Below are positions 13,909 to 28,200 of a DNA stretch of 64,000 bases, in pieces; the first letter of the stretch is position 1; every line of letters begins with the position of its first letter. The notes under the pieces were generated by a model. That model did not search any database and was not told the origin of the DNA. It worked only from the letters and a program-made list of their open reading frames with translations. A program made the translations under genes and the position numbers. Origin of the DNA: Azolla caroliniana (Eukaryota > Plantae > Polypodiophyta); assembly GCA_043228905.1 (NCBI GenBank), contig JBHGNT010000035.1, forward strand, positions 186,001-250,000, in the 5' to 3' direction.

Positions 13909-14441
13909 ATTTTAATTTACCTACTTGCTCTTGTCAACTCCCACCTCAAATTTGCTAATTTGTTCATGTCTCTCGACTTGAGTGTCCAGATGTTGATTTT
14001 TTAATTCCATATCATAGCAAGCGTTGTTAGCTTCAATTCGCATGTTTGAACACAGAAATACGATATCACACGAGCCAGATATGAACATTTTAATTTACCT
14101 ACTTGCTCTTGTCAACTCCCACCTCAAATTTGCTAATTTCTTCATGTCGCTCGACCTGAGTTTTAAAACTTGATTTTTTAATTCCATATCATAGCTAGCG
14201 TTGTTAGCTTCCATTCGCATGTTTGAACACAGAAATCCGATAACACACGAGCCAGATATGAACATTTTAATTTACCTACTTGCTCTTGTCAACTCCCACC
14301 TCAAATTTGCTAATTTCTTCATGTCGCTCGACCTGATTTTTAAAATTTTGATTTTTTAATTCCATATCATAGCTAGCGTTGTTAGCTTCCATTCGCATGT
14401 TTGAACACAGAAATCCGATATCACACGAGCCAGATATGAAC

Positions 14442-14569
14442 ATTTTAATTTACCTACTTACTCTTGTCAACTCCTGCCTCAAATTAATTCCATATCATAG
14501 CTAGCGTTGATAGCTTCAATTCGCATGTTTGAACACAGAAATCCGATATCACACGAGCCAGATATGAAC
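14442..14569 (+). repeat. 128-bp deleted monomer (copy 4)
   Basis: Junction at 14485/14486, with GTTGATAG. Confidence 0.95.
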
Positions 14570-16171
14570 ATTTTAATTTACCTACTTGCTCTTGTCAACT
14601 CCCACCTCAAATTTGCTAATTTCTTCATGTCGCTCGACGTGGGTTTCAAAATCTTGACTTTTTAATTCCATATCATAGCTAGCGTTGTTAGCTTCAATTC
14701 GCATGTTTGAACACAGAAATCCGATATCACACGAGCCAGATATGAACATTTTAATTTACCTACTTGCTCTTGTCAACTCCCACCTCAAATTTGCTAATTT
14801 GTTCATGTCGCTCGACCTGATTTTTAAAATCTTGATTTTTTAATTCCATATCATAGCTAGCGTTGTTAGCTTCGATTCGCATGTTTGAACACAAAAATCC
14901 GATATCACACGAGCCAGATATGAACATTTTAATTTACCTACTTACTCTTGTCAACTCCCGCCTCAAATTTGCTAATTTCTTCATGTCTCTCGACGTGAGT
15001 GTCCAAATCTTGATTTTTTAATTCCATATCATAGCAAGCGTTGTTAGCTTCAATTCGCATGTTTGAACACAGAAATCCGATATCACACGAGCCAAATATG
15101 AACATTTTAATTTACCTACTTGCTCTTGTCAACTCCCACCTCAAATTTGCTAATTTCTTCATGTCTCTCGACGTGAGTGTCCAAATCTTGACTTTTTAAT
15201 TCCATATCATAGCTAGCGTTGTTAGCTTCAATTCGCATGTTTGAACACAAAAATCCGATATCACACGAGCCAGATATGAACATTTTAATTTACCTACTTG
15301 CTCTTGTCAACTCCCACCTCAAATTTGCTAATTTCTTCATGTCGCTCGACCTGATTTTTAAAATTTTGATTTTTTAATTCCAGATCATAGCTAGCGTTGT
15401 TAGCTTCGATTCGCATGTTTGAACACAAAAATCCGATATCACACGAGCCAGATATGAACATTTTAATTTACCTACTTACTCTTGTCAACTCCTGCCTCAA
15501 ATTTGCTAATTTCTTCATGTCTCTCGACTTGAGTGTCCAGATGTTCATTTTTTAATTCCATATCATAGCAAGCGTTGTTAGCTTCAATTCGCATGTTTGA
15601 ACACAGAAATCCGATATCACACGAGCCAGATATGAACATTTTAATTTACCTACTTGCTCTTGTCAACTCCCACCTCAAATTTGCTAATTTCTTCATGTCG
15701 CTGGACCTGAGTTTTAAAATCTTGATTTTTTAATTCCATATCATAACTAGCGTTGTTAGCTTCAATTCGCATGTTTGAAGACAAAAATCCGATATCACAC
15801 GAGCCAGATATGAACATTTTAATTTACCTACTTGCTCTTGTCAACTCCCACCTCAAATTTGCTAATTTCTTCATGTCGCTCGACCTGATTTTTAAAATTT
15901 TGATTTTTTAATTCCAGATCATAGCTAGCGTTGTTAGCTTCGATTCGCATGTTTGAACACAAAAATCCGATATCACACGAGCCAGATATGAACATTTTAA
16001 TTTACCTACTTACTCTTGTCAACTCCTGCCTCAAATTTGCTAATTTCTTCATGTCTCTCGACTTGAGTGTCCAGATGTTCATTTTTTAATTCCATATCAT
16101 ATCAAGCGTTGTTAGCTTCAATTCGCATGTTTGAACACAGAAATCCGATATCACACGAGCCAGATATGAAC

Positions 16172-19017
16172 ATTTTAATTTACCTACTTGCTCTTGTCAA
16201 CTCCCACCTCAAATTTGCTAATTTCTTCATGTCGCTCGACCTGGGTTTCAAAATCTTGATTTTTTAATTCCATATCATAGCTAGCGTTGTTAGCTTCAAT
16301 TCGCATGTTTGAACACAGAAATCCGATATCACACGAGCCAGATATGAACATTTTAATTTACCTACTTGCTCTTGTCAACTCCCACCTCAAATTTGCTAAT
16401 TTCTTCATGTCGCTCGACCTGATTTTTAAAATCTTGATTTTTTAATTCCATATCATAGCTAGCGTTGTTAGCTTCGATTCGCATGTTTGAACACAAAAAT
16501 CCGATATCACACGAGCCAGATATGAACATTTTAATTTACCTACTTACTCTTGTCAACTCCTGCCTCAAATTTGCTAATTTCTTCATGTCTCTCGACTTGA
16601 GTGTCCAGATGTTGATTTTTTAATTCCATATCATAGAAAGCGTTGTTAGCTTCAATTCGCATGTTTGAATACAGAAATACGATATCACACGAGCCAGATA
16701 TGAACATTTTAATTTACCTACTTGCTCTTGTCAACTCCCACCTCAAATTTGCTAATTTCTTCATGTCACTCGACCTGAGTTTTAAAACTTGATTTTTTAA
16801 TTCCATATCATAGCTAGCATTGTTAGCTTCCATTCGCATGTTTGAACACAGAAATCCGATAACACACGAGCCAGATATGAACATTTTAATTTACCTACTT
16901 GCTCTTGTCAACTCCCACCTCAAATTTGCTAATTTCTTCATGTCGCTCGACCTGATTTTTAAAATTTTGATTTTTTAATTCCATATCATAGCTAGCGTTG
17001 TTAGCTTCTATTCGCATGTTTGAACACAGAAATCCGATATCACACGAGCCAGATATGAACATTTTAATTTACCTACTTGCTCTTGTCAACTCCCACCTCA
17101 AATTTGCTAATTTCTTCATGTCGCTCGACGTGGGTTTCAAAATCTTGACTTTTTAATTCCATATCATAGCTAGCGTTGTTAGCTTCAATTCGCATGTTTG
17201 AACACAGAAATCCGATATCACACGAGCCAGATATGAACATTTTAATTTACCTACTTGCTCTTGTCAACTCCCACCTCAAATTTGCTAATTTGTTCATGTC
17301 GCTCGACCTGATTTTTAGAATCTTGATTTTTTAATTCCATATCATAGCTAGCGTTGTTAGCTTCGATTCGCATGTTTGAACACAAAAATCCGATATCACA
17401 CGAGCCAGATATGAACATTTTAATTTACCTACTTACTCTTGTCAACTCCTGCCTCAAATTTGCTAATTTCTTCATGTCTCTCGACGTGAGTGTCCAAATC
17501 TTGATTTTTTAATTCCATATCATAGCTAGCGTTGTTAGCTTCGATTCGCATGTTTGAACACAGAAATCCGATATCACACGAGCCAGATATGAACATTTTA
17601 ATTTACCTACTTGCTCTTGTCAACTCCCACCTCAAATTTGCTAATTTCTTCATGTCGCTCGACCTGGGTTTCAAAATCTTGATTTTTTAATTCCATATCA
17701 TAGCTAGCGTTGTTAGCTTCAATTCGCATGTTTGAACACAGAAATCCGATATCACACGAGCCAGATATGAACATTTTAATTTACCTACTTGCTCTTGTCA
17801 ACTCCCACCTCAAATTTGCTAATTTCTTCATGTCGCTCGACCTGATTTTTAAAATCTTGATTTTTTAATTCCATATCATAGCTAGCGTTGTTAGCTTCGA
17901 TTCGCATGTTTGAACACAAAAATCCGATATCACACGAGCCAGATATGAACATTTTAATTTACCTACTTACTCTTGTCAACTCCTGCCTCAAATTTGCTAA
18001 TTTCTTCATGTCTCTCGACTTGAGTGTCCAGATGTTGATTTTTTAATTCCATATCATAGAAAGCGTTGTTAGCTTCAATTCGCATGTTTGAATACAGAAA
18101 TACGATATCACACGAGCCAGATATGAACATTTTAATTTACCTACTTGCTCTTGTCAACTCCCACCTCAAATTTGCTAATTTCTTCATGTCCCTCGACCTG
18201 AGTTTTAAAACTTGATTTTTTAATTCCATATCATAGCTAGCGTGGTTAGCTTCCATTCGCATGTTTGAACACAGAAATCCGATAACACACGAGCCAGATA
18301 TGAACATTTTAATTTACCTACTTGCTCTTGTCAACTCCCACCTCAAATTTGCTAATTTCTTCATGTCGCTCGACCTGATTTTTAAAATTTTGATTTTTTA
18401 ATTCCATATCATAGCTAGCGTTGTTAGCTTCAATTCGCATGTTTGAACACAGAAATCCGATATCACACGAGCCAGATATGAAGATTTTAATTTACCTACT
18501 TGCTCTTGTCAACTCCCACCTCAAATTTGCTAATTTCTTCATGTCGCTCGACGTGGGTTTCAAAATCTTGACTTTTTAATTCCATATCATAGCTAGCGTT
18601 GTTAGCTTCAATTCGCATGTTTGAACACAGAAATCCGATATCACACGAGCCAGATATGAACATTTTAATTTACCTACTTGCTCTTGTCAACTCCCACCTC
18701 AAATTTGCTAATTTCTTCATGTCGCTCGACCTGATTTTTAAAATTTTGATTTTTTAATTCCATATCATAGCTAGCGTTGTTAGCTTCGATTCGCATGTTT
18801 GAACACAAAAATCCGATATCACACGAGCCAGATATGAACATTTTAATTTACCTACTTACTCTTGTCAACTCCCGCCTCAAATTTGCTAATTTCTTCATGT
18901 CGCTCGACCTGATTTTTAAAATTTTGATTTTTTAATTCCATATCATAGCTAGCGTTGTTAGCTTCAATTCGCATGTTTGAACACAGAAATCCGATATCAC
19001 ACGAGCCAGATATGAAC
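16172..19017 (+). repeat. 8-monomer (1423 bp) tandem duplication, diverging toward its end
   Basis: CTGGGTTTCA (16241/17664), ATAGAAAG (16637/18060) and GAATACAGAAATACG recur at +1423. Confidence 0.8.
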
Positions 19018-20263
19018 ATTTTAATTTACCTACTTGCTCTTGTCAACTCCCACCTCAAATTTGCTAATTTCTTCATGTCGCTCGACGTGGGTTTCAAAAT
19101 CTTGACTTTTTAATTCCATATCATAGCTAGCGTTGTTAGCTTCAATTCGCATGTTTGAACACAGAAATCCGATATCACACGAGCCAGATATGAACATTTT
19201 AATTTACCTACTTGCTCTTGTCAACTCCCACCTCAAATTTGCTAATTTGTTCATGTCGCTCGACCTGATTTTTAAAATCTTGATTTTTTAATTCCATATC
19301 ATAGCTAGCGTTGTTAGCTTCGATTCGCATGTTTGAACACAAAAATCCGATATCACACGAGCCAGATATGAACATTTTAATTTACCTACTTACTCTTGTC
19401 AACTCCCGCCTCAAATTTGCTAATTTCTTCATGTCTCTCGACGTGAGTGTCCAAATCTTGATTTTTTAATTCCATATCATAGCAAGCGTTGTTAGCTTCA
19501 ATTCGCATGTTTGAACACAGAAATCCGATATCACACGAGCCAAATATGAACATTTTAATTTACCTACTTGCTCTTGTCAACTCCCACCTCAAATTTGCTA
19601 ATTTCTTCATGTCTCTCGACGTGAGTGTCCAAATCTTGATTTTTTAATTCCATATCATAGCAAGCGTTGTCAGCTTCAATTCGCATGTTTGAACACAGAA
19701 ATCCGATATCACACGAGCCAAATATGAACATTTTAATTTACCTACTTGCTCTTGACAACTCCCACCTCAAATTTGCTAATTTCTTCATGTCGCTCGACCT
19801 GAGTTTTAAAATCTTGATTTTTTAATTCCATATCATAGCTAGCGTTGTTAGCGTCAATTCGCATGTTTGAACACAAAAATCCGATATCACACGAGCCAGA
19901 TATGAACATTTTAATTTACCTACTTGCTCTTGTCAACTCCCACCTCAAATTTGCTAATTTCTTCATGTCGCTCGACCTGATTTTTAAAATTTTGATTTTT
20001 TAATTCCAGATCATAGCTAGCGTTGTTAGCTTCGATTCGCATGTTTGAACACAAAAATCCGATATCACACGAGCCAGATATGAACATTTTAATTTACCTA
20101 CTTACTCTTGTCAACTCCTGCCTCAAATTTGCTAATTTCTTCATGTCTCTCTACTTGAGTGTCCAGATGTTCATTTTTTAATTCCATATCATAGCAAGCG
20201 TTGTTAGCTTCAATTCGCATGTTTGAACACAGAAATCCGATATCACACGAGCCAGATATGAAC

Positions 20264-21329
20264 ATTTTAATTTACCTACTTGCTCTTGTCAACTCCCACC
20301 TCAAATTTGCTAATTTCTTCATGTCGCTCGACCTGAGTTTTAAAACTTGATTTTTTAATTCCATATCATAGCTAGCGTTGTTAGCTTCCATTCGCATGTT
20401 TGAACACAGAAATCCGATAACACACGAGCCAGATATGAACATTTTAATTTACCTACTTGCTCTTGTCAACTCCCACCTCAAATTTGCTAATTTCTTCATG
20501 TCGCTCGACCTGGGTTTCAAAATCTTGATTTTTTAATTCCATATCATAGCTAGCGTTGTTAGCTTCGATTCGCATGTTTGAACACAGAAATCCGATATCA
20601 CACCAGCCAGATATGAACATTTTAATTTACCTACTTACTCTTGTCAACTCCCGCCTCAAATTTGCTAATTTCTTCATGTCGCTCGACGTGGGTTTCAAAA
20701 TCTTGACTTTTTAATTCCATATCATAGCTAGCGTTGTTAGCTTCAATTCGCATGTTTGAACACAGAAATTCGATATCACACGAGCCAGATATGAACATTT
20801 TAATTTACCTACTTGCTCTTGTCAACTCCCACCTCAAATTTGCTAATTTCTTCATGTCGCTCGACCTGAGTTTTAAAACTTGATTTTTTAATTCCATATC
20901 ATAGCTAGCGTTGTTAGCTTCCATTCGCATGTTTGAACACAGAAATCCGATAACACACGAGCCAGATATGAACATTTTAATTTACCTACTTGCTCTTGTC
21001 AACTCCCACCTCAAATTTGCTAATTTCTTCATGTCGCTCGACCTGGGTTTCAAAATCTTGATTTTTTAATTCCATATCATAGCTAGCGTTGTTAGCTTCG
21101 ATTCGCATGTTTGAACACAGAAATCCGATATCACACAAGCCAGATATGAACATTTTAATTTACCTACTTACTCTTGTCAACTCCCGCCTCAAATTTGCTA
21201 ATTTCTTCATGTCGCTCGACGTGGGTTTCAAAATCTTGACTTTTTAATTCCATATCATAGCTAGCGTTGTTAGCTTCAATTCGCATGTTTGAACACAGAA
21301 ATTCGATATCACACGAGCCAGATATGAAC
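20264..21329 (+). repeat. 3-monomer (533 bp) tandem duplication
   Basis: The 177-bp monomer, CCTGGGTTTC monomer and GTGGGTTTC/AAATTCGA monomer occur twice in the same order. Confidence 0.85.
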
Positions 21330-22041
21330 ATTTTAATTTACCTACTTGCTCTTGTCAACTCCCGCCTCAAATTTGCTAATTTCTTCATGTCGCGCGACCT
21401 GAGTTTTAAAATCTTGATTTTTTAATTCCATATCATAGCTAGCGTTGTTAGCTTCGATTCGCATGTTTGAACACAGAAATCCGATATCACACGAGCCAGA
21501 TATGAACATTTTAATTTACTAACGCGTTGTTCTAAACTCCCGCCTCAAATTTGCTAATTTCTTCATGTCTCTCGACGTGAGTGTCCAAATCTTGATTTTT
21601 TAATTCCATATCATAGCAAGCGTTGTTAGCTTCGATTCGCACGTTTGAACACAGAAATCCAATATCACAGGAGCCAAATATGAACATTTTAATTTACCTA
21701 CTTGCTCTTGTCAACTCCCACCTCAAATTTGCTAATTTCTTCATGTCGCTCGACCTGAGTTTTAAAATCTTGATTTTTTAATTCCATATCATAGCTAGCG
21801 TTCTTAGCTTCAATTCGCATGTTTGAACACAGAAATCCGATATCACACGAGCCAGATATGAACATTTTAATTTACCTACTTACTCTTGTCAACTCCCGCC
21901 TCAAATTTGCTAATTTCTTCATGTCTCTCGACGTGAGTGTCCAAATCTTGATTTTTTAATTCCATATCATAGCAAGCGTTGTTAGCTTCAATTCGCATGT
22001 TTGAACACAGAAATCCGATATCACACGAGCCAAATATGAAC

Positions 22042-24533
22042 ATTTTAATTTACCTACTTGCTCTTGTCAACTCCCACCTCAAATTTGCTAATTTCTTCAT
22101 GTCTCTCGACGTGAGTGTCCAAATCTTGATTTTTTAATTCCATATCATAGCAAGCGTTGTTAGCTTCAATTCGCATGTTTGAACACAGAAATCCGATATC
22201 ACACGAGCCAAATATGAACATTTTAATTTACCTACTTGCTCTTGTCAACTCCCACCTCAAATTTGCTAATTTCTTCATGTCGCTGGACCTGAGTTTTAAA
22301 ATCTTGATTTCTTAATTCCATATCATAGCTAGCGTTGTTAGCTTCAATTCGCATGTTTGAACACAAAAATCCGATATCACACGAGCCAGATATGAACATT
22401 TTAATTTACCTACTTGCTCTTGTCAACTCCCACCTCAAATTTGCTAATTTCTTCATGTCGCTCGACCTGATTTTTAAAATTTTGATTTTTTAATTCCAGA
22501 TCATAGCTAGCGTTGTTAGCTTCGATTCGCATGTTTGAACACAAAAATCCGATATCACACGAGCCAGATATGAACATTTTAATTTACCTACTTACTCTTG
22601 TCAACTCCTGCCTCAAATTTGCTAATTTCTTCATGTCTCTCGACGTGAGTGTCGAAATCTTGATTTTTTAATTCCATATCATAGCAAGCGTTGTTAGCTT
22701 CGATTTGCAGGTTTGAACACAGAAATCCGATATCACACGAGCCAGATATGAACATTTTAATTTACCTACTTGCTCTTGTCAACTCAGACCTCAAATTTGC
22801 TAATTTCTTCATGTCGCTCGACCTGAGTTTTAAAATCTTGATTTTTTAATTCCATATCATAGCAAGCGTTGTTAGCTTCAATTCGCATGTTTGAACACAG
22901 AAATCCGATATCACACGAGCCAGATATGAACATTTTAATTTACCTACTTGCTCTTGTCAACTCCCACCTCAAATTTGCTAATTTCTTCATGTCGCTCGAC
23001 CTGATTTTTAAAATCTTGATTTTTTAATTCCATATCATAGCTAGCGTTGTTAGCTTCGATTCGCATGTTTGAACACAAAAATCCGATATCACACGAGCCA
23101 GATATGAACATTTTAATTTACCTACTTACTCTTGTCAACTCCTGCCTCAAATTTGCTAATTTCTTCATGTCTCTCGACTTGAGTGTCCAGATGTTGATTT
23201 TTTAATTCCATATCATAGCAAGCGTTGTTAGCTTCAATTCGCATGTTTGAATACAGAAATACGATATCACACGAGCCAAATATGAACATTTTAATTTACC
23301 TACTTGCTCTTGTCAACTCCCACCTCAAATTTGCTAATTTCTTCATGTCTCTCGACGTGAGTGTCCAAATCTTGATTTTTTAATTCCATATCATAGCAAG
23401 CGTTGTTAGCTTCAATTCGCATGTTTGAACACAGAAATCCGATATCACACGAGCCAAATATGAACATTTTAATTTACCTACTTGCTCTTGTCAACTCCCA
23501 CCTCAAATTTGCTAATTTCTTCATGTCGCTGGACCTGAGTTTTAAAATCTTGATTTCTTAATTCCATATCATAGCTAGCGTTGTTAGCTTCAATTCGCAT
23601 GTTTGAACACAAAAATCCGATATCACACGAGCCAGATATGAACATTTTAATTTACCTACTTGCTCTTGTCAACTCCCACCTCAAATTTGCTAATTTCTTC
23701 ATGTCGCTCGACCTGATTTTTAAAATTTTGATTTTTTAATTCCAGATCATAGCTAGCGTTGTTAGCTTCGATTCGCATGTTTGAACACAAAAATCCGATA
23801 TCACACGAGCCAGATATGAACATTTTAATTTACCTACTTACTCTTGTCAACTCCTGCCTCAAATTTGCTAATTTCTTCATGTCTCTCGACGTGAGTGTCG
23901 AAATCTTGATTTTTTAATTCCATATCATAGCAAGCGTTGTTAGCTTCGATTTGCAGGTTTGAACACAGAAATCCGATATCACACGAGCCAGATATGAACA
24001 TTTTAATTTACCTACTTGCTCTTGTCAACTCAGACCTCAAATTTGCTAATTTCTTCATGTCGCTCGACCTGAGTTTTAAAATCTTGATTTTTTAATTCCA
24101 TATCATAGCAAGCGTTGTTAGCTTCAATTCGCATGTTTGAACACAGAAATCCGATATCACACGAGCCAGATATGAACATTTTAATTTACCTACTTGCTCT
24201 TGTCAACTCCCACCTCAAATTTGCTAATTTCTTCATGTCGCTCGACCTGATTTTTAAAATCTTGATTTTTTAATTCCATATCATAGCTAGCGTTGTTAGC
24301 TTCGATTCGCATGTTTGAACACAAAAATCCGATATCACACGAGCCAGATATGAACATTTTAATTTACCTACTTACTCTTGTCAACTCCTGCCTCAAATTT
24401 GCTAATTTCTTCATGTCTCTCGACTTGAGTGTCCAGATGTTGATTTTTTAATTCCATATCATAGCAAGCGTTGTTAGCTTCAATTCGCATGTTTGAATAC
24501 AGAAATATGATATTACACGAGCCAAATATGAAC
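22042..24533 (+). repeat. 7-monomer (1246 bp) higher-order tandem duplication
   Basis: GATTTCTTAA (22311/23557) and CTCAGACC (22786/24032) recur at +1246. Confidence 0.9.
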
Positions 24534-25244
24534 ATTTTAATTTACCTACTTGCTCTTGTCAACTCCCACCTCAAATTTGCTAATTTCTTCATGTCGCTCG
24601 ACCTGAGTTTTAAAACTTGATTTTTTAATTCCATATCATAGCTAGCGTTGTTAGCTTCCATTCGCATGTTTGAACACAGAAATCCGATAACACACGAGCC
24701 AGATATGAACATTTTAATTTACCTACTTGCTCTTGTCAACTCCCACCTCAAATTTGCTAATTTCTTCATGTCGCTCGACCTGATTTTTAAAATTTTGATT
24801 TTTTAATTCCATATCATAGCTAGCGTTGTTAGCTTCAATTCGCATGTTTGAACACAGAAATCCGATATCACACGAGCCAGATATGAACATTTTAATTTAC
24901 CTACTTGCTCTTGTCAACTCCCACCTCAAATTTGCTAATTTCTTCATGTCGCTCGACGTGGGTTTCAAAATCTTGACTTTTTAATTCCATATCATAGCTA
25001 GCGTTGTTAGCTTCAATTCGCATGTTTGAACACAGAAATCCGATATCACACGAGCCAGATATGAACATTTTAATTTACCTACTTGCTCTTGTCAACTCCC
25101 ACCTCAAATTTGCTAATTTCTTCATGTCGCTCGACCTGATTTTTAAAATCTTGATTTTTTAATTCCATATCATAGCTAGCGTTGTTAGCTTCGATTCGCA
25201 TGTTTGAACACAGAAATCCGATATCACACGAGCCAGATATGAAC

Positions 25245-28200
25245 ATTTTAATTTACCTACTTGCTCTTGTCAACTCCCACCTCAAATTTGCTAATTTCTT
25301 CATGTCGCTCGACCTGATTTTTAAAATCTTGATTTTTTAATTCCATATCATAGCTAGCGTTGTTAGCTTTGATTCGCATGTTTGAACACAAAAATCCGAT
25401 ATCACACGAGCCAGATATGAACATTTTAATTTACCTACTTACTCTTGTCAACTCCTGCCTCAAATTTGCTAATTTCTTCATGTCTCTCGACGTGAGTGTC
25501 GAAATCTTGATTTTTTAATTCCATATCATAGCAAGCGTTGTTAGCTTCAATTCGCATGTTTGAACACAGAAATCCGATATCACACGAGCCAGATATGAAC
25601 ATTTTAATTTACCTACTTGCTCTTGTCAACTCCCACCTCAAATTTGCTAATTTCTTCATTTCACTCGACCTGAGTTTTAAAATCTTGATTTTTTAATTCC
25701 ATATCATAGCTAGCGTTGTTAGCTTCAATTCGCATGTTTGAACACAGAAATCCGATATCACACGAGCCAGATATGAACATTTTAATTTACCTACTTGCTC
25801 TTGTCAACTCCCACCTCCAATTTGCTAATTTCTTCATGTCGCTCGACCTGATTTTTAAAACCTTGATTTTTTAATTCCATATCATAGCTAGCGTTGTTAG
25901 CTTCGATTCGCATGTTTGAACACAAAAATCCGATATCACACGAGCCAGATATGAACATTTTAATTTACCTACTTGCTCTTGTCAACTCCCACCTCAAATT
26001 TGCTAATTTCTTCATGTCGCTCGACCTGAGTTTTAAAACTTGATTTTTTAATTCCATATCATAGCTAGCGTTGTTAGCTTCAATTCGCATGTTTGAACAC
26101 AGAAATGCGATATCACACGAGCCAGATATGAACATTTTAATTTACCTACTTGCTCTTGTCAACTCCCACCTCAAATTTGCTAATTTCTTCATGTCGCTCG
26201 ACCTGATTTTTAAAATCTTGATTTTTTAATTCCATATCATAGCTAGCGTTGTTAGCTTCGATTCGCATGTTTGAACACAAAAATCCGATATCACACGAGC
26301 CAGATATGAACATTTTAATTTACCTACTTACTCTTGTCAACTCCTGCCTCAAATTTGCTAATTTCTTCATGTCTCTCGACTTGAGTGTCCAGATGTTGAT
26401 TTTTTAATTCCATATCATAGCAAGCGTTGTTAGCTTCAATTCGCATGTTTGAACACAGAAATACGATATCACACGAGCCAGATATGAACATTTTAATTTA
26501 CCTACTTGCTCTTGTCAACTCCCACCTCAAATTTGCTAATTTCTTCATGTCGCTCGACCTGAGTTTTAAAATTTTGATTTTTTAATTCCATATCATAGCT
26601 AGCGTTGTTAGCTTCAATTCGCATGTTTGAACACAGAAATCCGATATCACACGAGCCAGATATGAACATTTTAATTTACCTACTTGCTCTTGTCAACTCC
26701 CACCTCAAATTTGCTAATTTCTTCATGTCGCTCGACGTGGGTTTCAAAATCTTGACTTTTTAATTCCATATCATAGCTAGCGTTGTTAGCTTCGATTCGC
26801 ATGTTTGAACACAGAAATCCGATATCACACGAGCCAGATATGAACATTTTAATTTACCTACTTGCTCTTGTCAACTCCCACCTCAAATTTGCTAATTTCT
26901 TCATGTCGCTCGACCTGATTTTTAAAATCTTGATTTTTTAATTCCATATCATAGCTAGCGTTGTTAGCTTTGATTCGCATGTTTGAACACAAAAATCCGA
27001 TATCACACGAGCCAGATATGAACATTTTAATTTACCTACTTACTCTTGTCAACTCCTGCCTCAAATTTGCTAATTTCTTCATGTCTCTCGACGTGAGTGT
27101 CGAAATCTTGATTTTTTAATTCCATATCATAGCAAGCGTTGTTAGCTTCAATTCGCATGTTTGAACACAGAAATCCGATATCACACGAGCCAGATATGAA
27201 CATTTTAATTTACCTACTTGCTCTTGTCAACTCCCACCTCAAATTTGCTAATTTCTTCATTTCACTCGACCTGAGTTTTAAAATCTTGATTTTTTAATTC
27301 CATATCATAGCTAGCGTTGTTAGCTTCAATTCGCATGTTTGAACACAGAAATCCGATATCACACGAGCCAGATATGAACATTTTAATTTACCTACTTGCT
27401 CTTGTCAACTCCCACCTCCAATTTGCTAATTTCTTCATGTCGCTCGACCTGATTTTTAAAACCTTGATTTTTTAATTCCATATCATAGCTAGCGTTGTTA
27501 GCTTCGATTCGCATGTTTGAACACAAAAATCCGATATCACACGAGCCAGATATGAACATTTTAATTTACCTACTTGCTCTTGTCAACTCCCACCTCAAAT
27601 TTGCTAATTTCTTCATGTCGCTCGACCTGAGTTTTAAAACTTGATTTTTTAATTCCATATCATAGCTAGCGTTGTTAGCTTCAATTCGCATGTTTGAACA
27701 CAGAAATGCGATATCACACGAGCCAGATATGAACATTTTAATTTACCTACTTGCTCTTGTCAACTCCCACCTCAAATTTGCTAATTTCTTCATGTCGCTC
27801 GACCTGATTTTTAAAATCTTGATTTTTTAATTCCATATCATAGCTAGCGTTGTTAGCTTCGATTCGCATGTTTGAACACAAAAATCCGATATCACACGAG
27901 CCAGATATGAACATTTTAATTTACCTACTTACTCTTGTCAACTCCTGCCTCAAATTTGCTAATTTCTTCATGTCTCTCGACTTGAGTGTCCAGATGTTGA
28001 TTTTTTAATTCCATATCATAGCAAGCGTTGTTAGCTTCAATTCGCATGTTTGAACACAGAAATACGATATCACACGAGCCAGATATGAACATTTTAATTT
28101 ACCTACTTGCTCTTGTCAACTCCCACCTCAAATTTGCTAATTTCTTCATGTCGCTCGACCTGAGTTTTAAAACTTGATTTTTTAATTCCATATCATAGCT

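Larger units (their letters stand above)
11468..15815 (+). repeat. Long-range duplicate of about 1-4881
   Basis: AATCTGATA at 1399/12866 (+11467). Both 50-bp deletion junctions and ATAACTAG (4812/15746) recur at +10934. The 533-bp difference equals the extra trimer in the first copy. Confidence 0.88.

Noticed and set aside
16067-16267. 66-aa ORF
   Set aside because: A chance read-through caused by TGA>TCA and TAG>TAT variants in one monomer; it is the same repeat-derived peptide.
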